In this document: positions 14,450-23,700 of the stretch, piece after piece
Position numbering within the stretch: the first letter of the stretch is position 1
Layout of the letters: each line of letters begins with the position of its first letter
From: Veleropilina oligotropha
Lineage: Eukaryota
Assembly (NCBI GenBank): GCA_048128005.1
Contig: JBEUKZ010000089.1
Coordinates: 124,001-151,812, forward strand
Direction of reading: 5' to 3'
Length of the DNA stretch: 27,812 nucleotides
Position numbers and translations under genes: made by a program
The notes under the pieces: generated by a model
What the model was told of the DNA's origin: nothing
Database searches by the model: none
The model's input: only the letters and a program-made list of their open reading frames with translations

Positions 14450-14676
14450 GTGCGTATACTTCTAAAGCGGCCCATACACGATCAATATGATCGTCAATAT
14501 TATTGAAACAATATTATTGATACAATATGGAAATTGTTAGTTTGCCCACTTAAGCGGCCCCTACACGCTCAATATTCTTCATCAATAGTATTGATCTCAA
14601 TACTATTGACAGTTTGACGTTTGCCATACACGCTCAATATATATTGTGCAATATTTAGTTGTGCCCAACTGTCACA

Positions 14677-16834
14677 ATGGACGGAACAATTGCTTTGGCT
14701 CTTGCTCTAGCCTTGAAGAGAAAACAACCAAAGAAGAAAAGAAAATGGGCCAAAAATTGGTTTCAACAAAGGGCTAAATTCGGCCACACCATGCTGTTAG
14801 AAGAATTGAGAGATAATGAGCCGAAGGACTACAACAATTTTCTACGAATGGATGGAGTCTCATTCAATGAACTTCTGGAGCTTGTTGGGCCACTCATTAG
14901 CAAACAAGATACAGTGATGCGTGCTGCCATATCGGCATCAGAGCGACTTTCCATAACCCTCCGATATTTGGCAACTGGAAATACATTTGAAGACCTAAAA
15001 TTCATCAGCGCCATTTCACCTCAAGCCATCGGCTGTATCATAATGGAGACTTGCGAAGCCATCAACAAATGTTTGCAGTCGTACATTAAAGTAAGAACAT
15101 GATATGTATTCGTCATGATATTTATTCATCAATGTTCAGTAACTCATGAACAACAATAACAAATAATGGGTAGCTGTGTGTCAAGTACTATGACTATAAT
15201 AAGATAAAAATAAATTCCATATAAAACGTAATCCAACTACTCTGCTCTGAGTATTTACTAAGCTAACTGATTGTTCACGTGAAAATCTTGTCATAAACAA
15301 CAAAACAATGACTAATACCGTTGGGCATAGTTAACAGTCTATCGCAGGCATTCACGCATTTGGATGGAAACTTGCAAAGTAATCCGACACGTTTTGTGTG
15401 TCACTTGAACTGGCAGACGTATTCGGAACCTGAACCAAACTCTGTAGGTAGGGCCCGCAGTTAGTTCCGGCCATGGTCGGTGGTGGTTGTGAAACCGTAT
15501 ATGTATACGAACTCAGATATATCGTATCACTAATCGTATCACTAATCGATGTGGCCGATCGGCTACCGTGAGAATATGAACTGTCTCCACTGATATGACT
15601 TAATGGTGTGGAACATTGGCTCTGACGCGGCGTGACATTTATCTGCACAGCATTACGATGCAAATTTCCACAACGGCCTTCGAAAATAATGTCATTTATG
15701 GCTTTTTTGGCAAAAAGCTGTTGTTGTGGGTCCATCTTGGAAATTTCTTCGGCCCAGGTTTTCGCTATGTTGATGAACTCGTTGTCTGGTTCTTTCAGAC
15801 GGTCGCAGGCCAGTGATATGAGCTCGTCATGACGATTCACAACTTTTACCGATTTCCGACGCTTGGCCGGTTTCACTTTGGCCGGATCAGGATTTCGTGT
15901 TGAATTCACTGGACCTTGTATGGGGGTCTCGGCATCATCTTCACTTCCACTATTCTCCTGGTCTTGGTTGATCTGAAAATAAATGAAAATAAATGATGAT
16001 TTTGCATTTCAGTTGCCGACAACAAACGAAGAATGGAAGCGAGAGAGCGATGATTTCAACACCATCTGAAACTTTCCACACTGTATCGGGTCAATAGATG
16101 GTAAACACGTCGCAATCAAAAAACCTCCTGGTACCGGGTCATTCTATTTCAACTATAAGAAACATTTCAGTATCGTATTGATGGCAGTGGTGAATGCGAG
16201 ATACGAAATCATGATGGTCGATGCTGGGATTAACGGACGCGTTTCCGATGGAGGTGTCATCAGCCATACAGCATTCGGAAATATGATGGAACAAGGCGAC
16301 CTTCGGATACCTGCGGCAGAACCATTGCACGAAGAAGACACTATCGACGTCCCTTATTTCTTTGTAGCAGATGATGCATTTGCGATGACTGAAAATCTAC
16401 TTAAACCACACAGTGCATTGGGAAACAATGCATTGGAGCTCGGAAAAAGAATTTTTAATTATCGCTTGAGCAGGGCTCGGCGTGTTGTTGAGAATGTGTT
16501 TGGCATACTCGTTGCTAGATTCGGTGTATTCCAGAGGCCAATGATGCTTTCGCCGGAAAAAGCGACCATTGTCACATTGACATGTTGTTATCTACATAAC
16601 TTTCTAAGGAAGTAATCACGCGGATACATGGTTCACGGAAGTGTGGATTGGGAGGACGATCTCAACCACGAGGTTCATGCTGGTGAATGGCGTGCCTCGC
16701 AGACAGATCTAGCTAGGTTGCGCCCTACATTCAACAGGAATATGACAGAAAAATCCAAATTTGTGCGCGAAACTCTTCAAAGGTATTTCTGCAGCCGTGG
16801 ATCGGTTCCTTGGCAGTTGGAACGCATTTCTTGA
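14677..16834 (+). pseudogene. Harbinger B transposase, exons 14677-15090 and 16013-16834 (~411 aa), with two nonsense codons (16067-16069, 16613-16615)
   Basis: [38 protein letters not shown] and [17 protein letters not shown] (DDE_Tnp_4/HARBI1-like). GTAAGA donor and TTTCAG acceptor, phase 0. Confidence 0.9.
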
Positions 16835-17384
16835 AAGCATGGTATCATACTATCAGAAGCGTTAAGGCACATATGACTGTAGCGACTACATACTACATGT
16901 ACCTATTATTATAATTAAGTGTAGAACTCAATCTGATAATGTACAAACACATGGACGTGATAGTAATAAAATGTCATATGATTTCACTAACCTCTTGTGT
17001 TTCTGTTTCTTCGTGTTGTATCACTTGTAATGTGCTCTGTGATGGAGCCGGCGTTTCCTGGTCATTCAGAAACATTAGAGCCTCATAACACCATTGTGAG
17101 GGTTCGTAGATATCTTCTGTTCCTGCGCCGGACTTCTGCGAGTCGTTGACCTTTTTCAGTTCTTTGCGAAAATTGGTTCGGAATGAGTTGATCTTCTTCT
17201 TCAGTTCATCCTTCTTTCCGTCCTTATACCACTCGCGATATTTGACTAGAAGACGCTCATAGGCGATAGCCTTTTTATTTCTATCACTATATTCCTTTGC
17301 TTTCACTTTCCAAAGTGCTGGAAGGCTCCGGTACAAGTCTATCAGTTCTAAGAGGAATTTTTTCTCTTCTTTGGGAGGCGCCAT
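15352..17384 (-). CDS. Harbinger B MADF/Myb-SANT DNA-binding protein, exons 17384-16992 and 15972-15352 (337 aa), open
   Basis: MADF motif [21 protein letters not shown]...[13 protein letters not shown]...[15 protein letters not shown] donor and TTTCAG acceptor in phase 0. Exon 2 has a BESS-like helical motif conserved with element A. Confidence 0.85.
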
Positions 17385-17689
17385 GACGATGTGCGTTCTG
17401 CGAGGTCACATGAAATTGTGAAGTTTGTGCAATATATTGATGGGGCGCCACACACGCACAAATAAATTGATGGTTTGCGCAAAAAATATCTACTGAAAAC
17501 AGCTCTGTCAATATATTGACATCAATACTTTTAGGTCATCAATATCGTCCACACACGATCAAAAAGCCGTCTATAAATTTGACATCAATACTATTGATGA
17601 AAAATATTGAGCGTGTAGGGGCCGCTTAACAGCACAATAATATTGTCCAATATTCGTCTCACTTGGAAAGTGTCTGTCAAGAGAGGTAG

Positions 17690-19630
17690 ATGGATCCTTG
17701 CATTGCCATCGCTCTCGCATGTGCGCTTGAAAGAAAAAAATCCAAGAAAAGAACAAAATGGGCCAAAAAATGGTTACTGAATAGAGAACAGTTTGGTCAT
17801 ATGCAATTACTAAAAGAATTGAGTGAGAATGAACCTCTGGATTTTCGAAACTTTCTACGAATGGATGAAGTAGCTTTCAAAGAGCTCTTAGGCCAAGTTA
17901 CACCGTATATTGAGAGGAAAACAACTATCATGAGGGATCCCATTTCACCAGAGGAACGATTGTCTATTACTCTTCGTTTCCTAGCAACAGGGAATTCTTT
18001 CGAAGACCTAAAATTCATGAGTGCCATTTCTCCACAAGCCATTGGACGAATCGTTATAGAAACATGTGATGCAATCATCATTTGCCTGAAATCCCACATG
18101 AAGGTAAATTCTGAACAATACATTATCTATTAAAAGGCATTTATTTGTTTCAAAATGTGAATATGAACAGTAACATAATAGAGAATAGAACTATTTCCCG
18201 TTTGCAATGTCTTCTTGCTCTAATACCAAATACAGTGGTAAAACTGAAATGAAATGTTCAAGTAATGAATGAAGTGTCACAAAATGATTGAATCATCCTT
18301 GGAAATTTGCAAAGAAATTACCAATCTCTGATTGAGGTTCTTGATAAACCACATCAGAGCATGAGCTCTGGGTTGTGAAGCTGCAAGGCGTGCTTGAACG
18401 AGTAATCTGTGGGTACTGTGTCTGCACATTGATTTGCACAGAATGTCTATGCAGGGTGCCCATTCTTCCCTCAAATAGGATGTCATTGATAGCTTTTTTA
18501 GCAAACAGCTGTTGCTGAGGATCCATCTGTGTCAGTTCATGTGTCCATGTTCTTGCCACATGCACATTTTCATCGTCTGGAGCCTTTAGTTTCTCACATG
18601 CAAGTGTGAGCAGCTCCTCCCGTGAATTTTCCTTCTCTTTGTTTCTGCGTTGTCTCTTCCATGCAGGGGTTGAGCTTGGGCATTGAGAATGCCCGGCTGG
18701 AGGTGGTGACACAGTTGCAGCCTCTGAGGGGTTCTCCTCATTCTGAAATTAATGAAGTGTTAAATAACATTTTAATATGAATTTAAACATGTTTGGTTCT
18801 TTTATATTTTTCAGTTTCCAACAAGTGAAGAAGAATGGAAACGTGTCAGTAAGGATTTTGCGGAAGTTTGGAATTTCCCTCACTGTGTAGGCGCTATAGA
18901 TGGCAAACATGTTTCCATCAAAAAACCACCAGGCTCAGGTTCATACTTTTATAACTACAAGGGATTTTTCAGCATTATTCTGATGGCCATTGTCAATGCC
19001 AATTATGAATTTATGATGGTTGATGTGGGTGTTAATGGGCGAGTATCTGATGGTGGAGTAATAAGTGTAATTCCATTCGGCAACAAGTTGACTGATAATG
19101 ATCTAGCGTTACCAGAACCTGAACCATTACATGATGATGATGCTGTCAAGATTCCTTATGTATACATTGCAGATGATGCCTTTGCAATGTCAGAGAATCT
19201 GTTGAAACCTTAGTCTGGACTGGAAGGCGTACTGGATTTGGAGAAGAGAATATTTAACTATCGACTAAGTCGAGCAAGAAGAGTGGTTGAGAACGCATTT
19301 GGCATTCTTGCTTCGCGTTTTGGAATTTTCCAAAAGCCGATCAGTTTGTCACCAGAGAAGGCTCAAACCATCACTTTAGCCTGTTGCTACCTACACAATT
19401 TTCTAAGGAAAAAATCAGGAAAATACTTTGTTCGTGGAAGTGTAGATTGGGAAGATGGAAATAAAGAGATACATGAGGGAGAATGGCGCGCATCTCAGAA
19501 CGAATTTGAGAAATTGCAAAGTTCTCATTGCAGGAATCCAAGTGCAAAAGCAAAGGCAACCAGGGATCTGTTCAGTTCCTACTTCAACAGTAGAGGTTCC
19601 TTGTCATGGCAAATGGAACATGTTTCCTAA
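17690..19630 (+). pseudogene. Harbinger A transposase, exons 17690-18103 and 18815-19630 (~409 aa), with one nonsense codon (19211-19213)
   Basis: [39 protein letters not shown] and [25 protein letters not shown] donor and TTTCAG acceptor, phase 0. Confidence 0.9.
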
Positions 19631-20102
19631 AAATGTTATTTCACAAGCGATATCGCGGAACTAAATTATCTATTAATCTCAAAACTATACTCACAATTTG
19701 ATTGTCCTGTGCATCACAGGTATCATTGCTGATCGAATTTCTGGAATCCGATGGAGTTTCTTGGTCCTTCAGAAAAAGTAGGGCCTCATAAAACCAAGCT
19801 GTTGGGCGGTATATGTCTTCTTCTCCAGCCCCAGACTTTTGTGAAGCGTTAACTTTTTTCAATTCCTTTCTGAAATTTGTGCGAAGAGTATTTATTTTCT
19901 TCTTGAGTTCCTCTCTTGTAGCATTTGGGACGAATTCCCTGTACTTCAATAAAAGCTTTACGTAAGCCAATTCTTTTTTGGTTCTATTGCTGTATTCATC
20001 ACTCTTTATTTTCCAAAGGGCTGGTAATTCCCTCAATTGCTCAATCACCTCCAGGAGACATTTTCTTTCTTCTTCTTTGCTTTGCGAAGACATGTTTCTC
20101 AT
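18293..20102 (-). CDS. Harbinger A MADF/Myb-SANT DNA-binding protein, exons 20102-19695 and 18742-18293 (285 aa; 282 from the second ATG), open
   Basis: [18 protein letters not shown]...[16 protein letters not shown]...[15 protein letters not shown] donor and TTTCAG acceptor in phase 0. Exon 2 motif [20 protein letters not shown] is shared with element B. Confidence 0.85.
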
Positions 20103-20529
20103 TTGAAGACAGAACTCGCAATGAAGTATTGATCAATATTATTGACAGTGGCCACTAATGACACAATATTATTGATGGATCATCAATAAATATCTACCAC
20201 GTTTTGATAATTTCAATGTTTTGTTCAATATTATTTTTTCCTTCAATATGCCCCACTAACCATCAATAATATTGACAATAATTGATATTGACAATAATAT
20301 TGTCAATCATATTGATCGTGTATGGGCCGCTTAAAAGAAAGTTCGAAATTAGCCTGGTACAACGAATCTCATCCTCATTTTTTACTATTACCAAATCTAC
20401 GGCGAGGTCAGGATCGTTTCGATCTTGAATAGGTTCGGCCTTAGGTAATCTTCCAGTTTAGGTACTTTAATTATTTTTAGGTACTTTTATTATTTGAAGG
20501 CTTTTTGTTATTATTTAAAGGTCCTTGTC

Positions 20530-20720
20530 GGTTAATAATAAAGAATGATAAGGTATTTAAAGTAAAAGTAAAAGTAAAGTACTTCATTATGTAATTTTTG
20601 TTGTCAGTTAATAATAACCCATAAGAAAGTAACAGTAAAAGTAAAGTACTTCGTTAATTTTGCATGATAACCCATAATAAAGTAACAGTAAAAATAAAGT
20701 ACTTCGTTTGGTAATTTTGC
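20530..20720 (+). repeat. Merlin left subterminal direct repeats (3 copies)
   Basis: AAAGTAA(A/C)AGTAAAA(G/A)TAAAGTACTTC at ~20559, ~20626 and ~20679; two are preceded by ATAACCCATAA. Confidence 0.8.
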
Positions 20721-21719
20721 ATGACAGTATCTTCAAACATGGCAGGAAGGCCGGCAGCTCCCACTGTAATAATTGATCCGATTAATATCATTGCTGTTAA
20801 TGTACGGAATGACGTTTACAACTTTTCAACGCTTTTGCCAGAGATTGACACCACTGCCTCATGTCTACGATGGTTGGCTAGTCGCCGTCTCATAATGAAT
20901 TGTTTTGAATGCCCAAATTGCCAACAAATGGCTAGTTTCAGTGTTCACAACGGTAGTGTTGATGGTAGACGTTGGGTTTGTCGACGTTGCAATGTGCACA
21001 AATCTGTCAGAGAAGGCTCCTTTTTCTCAAACAGCCACTTGACTTTGAAACAAATAATTATTTTGGTTTACTGTTGGGCGCATGACATGCCCCAATTTAT
21101 GATGGAGCATGAGTCTGAAATCGGCAGTAAAACTACAGTCGTCGACTGGTGTAACTTTATTCGGGAAGAGTGCCAGGTTTGGTTAAACAACAACAGTGAC
21201 GAAATTGGGGGAATGGACAACCAAGGCGATCCCATTGTGGTTGAAATTGACGAAACCAAGTATTTCCACCGTAAATATCATCGCGGGCAGTGGCGTGACG
21301 GCCACTGGGTTTTTGGTGGCATAGAAAGGGACAGTGGAAAATGTTTTCTTTTGGAAGTTCCAGATAGGTCAGCACGAACACTTGAAGCTCTCATACTGGA
21401 GTACATATTACCAGGGTCGCACATCGTATCCGATGGTTAGGCATCATATGCCAACATTCCTGCACTGAACCACGGAATCTATACTCACTCTGTTGTTGTG
21501 CATCAGCAGAATTTTGTTGATCCGAATGATGCGGACACGCACACCCAGAATATCGAGAACATGTGGATGCGAGCTAAACGCAAGTTAAAACAACAGTTTG
21601 GCACATCCAGAGCATTGTTTCCGTCTTATCTCCACGAATTTGTGTTCGGAGCCCGATTTAAGGATCAAGACATTTTTGCTGTTTTCCTGCAAACAGTGGC
21701 AGATAATTATCCAATGTGA
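20721..21719 (+). pseudogene. Merlin transposase with a single nonsense codon (TAG 21438-21440, likely W)
   Basis: CPNC...CRRC zinc ribbon, VVEIDET, RKYHRG, WVFGGIER, IVSDG*ASY and HTQNIENMW. ORF 21498-21719 is in frame with 20721-21440. Confidence 0.92.
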
Positions 21720-22078
21720 CTTGTATAGCCATGAAATATTGACGTGTTCATTTAACCATTTTTTTAGAAATGGTCATTTGTTATTTTTTGGGATGTACTA
21801 AATGCATATCATGCTTTACTGTAGAACACGACAGCTAAAATGGCTAGAAATAATTAAAGTACCTAAACTGGCAGATTAAATAATTAAAGTACCTAAACTG
21901 GAAGATTACCCGGCCTTATTCAATTTTGGCCTGGATAGATTCAGTCTGGTTTTATCTTAAAGCTAGCATTCCATACACACGGAATGAATACCAGCGGTTT
22001 CGCCCCCAAGACCGTTCGCCCCCTGCTAGCCCGCTCGAAATCCTGACGGTCGCGTCTATAGGGTCGGATGTCGGGAAG

Positions 22079-22138
22079 ACGGTCAATAGAGCGCACGGTC
22101 GATAGAGCGCAGTCAATAGTGCGCGCTCTACTGACCGT
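22079..22138. repeat. Short tandem-plus-inverted repeat (16-bp unit)
   Basis: ACGGTCAATAGAGCGC, ACGGTCGATAGAGCGC, a degenerate third copy, then the inverted copy GCGCTCTACTGACCGT. Confidence 0.75.
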
Positions 22139-22399
22139 TTCATAATTTGTCATCAACGATATATCTAACTCTTTTTGTATGGTACGTACTGTATTTTAAA
22201 ATGCATATATTATGCGTAGGCGTACCCTGCGATGTCTTAATGATATTGTAACATTAAAATAATCGATTGCGACTTTGTTGAAAAGTGTGGCAGACTTCCC
22301 GTTTATACAAAACTATGCCAGTGACATAAGCGAAACAAAATCCTTTATTATTATTTATATTTATTATTATTGTTGGTATGTAACAAAGAAGACAATATA

Positions 22400-22832
22400 T
22401 AATAGAACAACTTATTTAAAATGACAAAGAAATGAAAAAATACTATCAATTACAGAACATCATAAAATGTATATCAATCAAAAAGATACTAACATACAAT
22501 TAAAAACTAACCCTTTATTTGCATATAAAAATATATATAGAAAAACAACGAAAACAAAACGATTAATTGAAAATGAAAAAATACGATAATATCATACAAA
22601 TAAGGAAGTACAAAAGTATATTACGAATTAATCAAATGAATAATGAAATACAACTTAAACTAATCAGTTATTGGCGGCATGTAAAAGATATATAGAAAAA
22701 CAATTTAAACAAAAAGAATAATCTAAAATGAAAAATAAAGGAAAAAATACGATAAATTACATAACATCATACAAAAAAAGTACGTAAAAAGTATGTTACG
22801 AAAATAATCAAAAAGATAAAGAAATACAACAC
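22400..22832 (+). repeat. Diverged A-rich tandem repeat, ~150-170-bp unit, ~2.5 copies
   Basis: Recurrent blocks AAAAAATAC(T/G)AT, ATATATAGAAAAACAA, CATCATA and AATCAAA..GA..ATACAA. Confidence 0.6.
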
Positions 22833-23509
22833 TTAAAGGCCAGAGTCGATTTCACTGGTTCCCCCAGTGGGGACCTGTCGAGGTTTTGGGCTCGACACTG
22901 ATTGGTCTGTTGAACTGGCTAATGCAAACAACATCAGAGCAGAGGTGTGAGCGAATGATCCGCCTACCTAATTACAAAACTGAACATTGCTTCATTAATC
23001 CTTGTTAAACCAACAACAAGCTTTCCGGAGTTGGGAAGGTTTTCACAAGGTTTATCGAGTCGGACATTGGTGCACCATTATACATTACACACCCATGTAT
23101 CAAGTGACGAAAAAGCGAACATATGAATGATTTTAATTTTTACATAATTATATATTATATTATCTATTACTACGATTCTGTCAGATTATGTAGATAATAA
23201 TTAATGAAATTTAATAGCTCATACACTAAATTCCTACTAATTGCATTGGAATGACATGATGGAATCGAATATTCTGTCTAAGATATATAATGTGTGGTAA
23301 TATTTCATAACTGGCCATTGTGGACGAGCTTTTCGAGATGGTATGCGGACAACGTCCCCCCGTACCAAACACCCATGGGTCAAATGCTATACATGATAAA
23401 ACCCCCATGTTCTATTTTTATAATTATACGTTCATTATGACTACTTAAAAATGAAATAGTAAAAACGCAATTACGGAATTACTTATTTACTACTATTTAT
23501 TATAAACAT

Positions 23510-23700
23510 ATATTGCATCTACATCACAGAAATACATTAAACATTAACGATATCTATCTAGGTCTATATTATATACAAATATTGCATCTACATCACAAGC
23601 ATCAATTAAAAATTAACGATATCTATACAGGTCTATATTATATACAAATATTTCATAATTAAATTAATTATTAACGATATCAGTCCAGGTCTATACTATC
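23510..23700. repeat. ~69-bp tandem duplication plus a partial third copy overlapping the transposase stop
   Basis: ATATTGCATCTACATCACA...TTAACGATATCTAT..AGGTCTATATTATATACAA twice; a third TTAACGATATCAGTCCAGGTCTATACTAT spans the stop codon at 23680-23682. Confidence 0.8.

Larger units (their letters stand above)
14553..17626 (+). mobile_element. PIF/Harbinger element B (inner), inserted in the left subterminal region of element A
   Basis: 48-bp TIR beginning AGCGGCCCCTACACGCTCAATATT with 2 mismatches. Flanked by TTA (14550-14552) and TAA (17627-17629). Encodes a transposase plus a MADF protein. Confidence 0.95.
14466..20331 (+). mobile_element. PIF/Harbinger element A (outer)
   Basis: TIR AGCGGCCCATACACGATCAATATGAT (26 bp perfect, ~40 bp with 2 mismatches) and TAA TSD (14463-14465, 20332-20334). 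Encodes a transposase plus a MADF protein. Confidence 0.95.
20444..21910 (+). mobile_element. Merlin (IS1595/ISXO2-related) DNA transposon, full length
   Basis: Perfect 33-bp TIR GGTAATCTTCCAGTTTAGGTACTTTAATTATTT and 8-bp TSD CGGCCTTA (20436-20443, 21911-21918). Confidence 0.95.

Noticed and set aside
14677..19630. Domesticated HARBI1 host genes
   Set aside because: Both lie within TIRs and TSDs and carry nonsense codons, so they are transposon copies.
20444..21910. Bacterial IS1595 or contamination
   Set aside because: It is integrated with a TSD among spliceosomal-intron-containing elements and fits eukaryotic Merlin.
23226..23408. 60-aa ORF as the Kolobok partner (KolX) gene
   Set aside because: It lacks the expected Cys-rich and conserved C-terminal motifs in the frames I examined.
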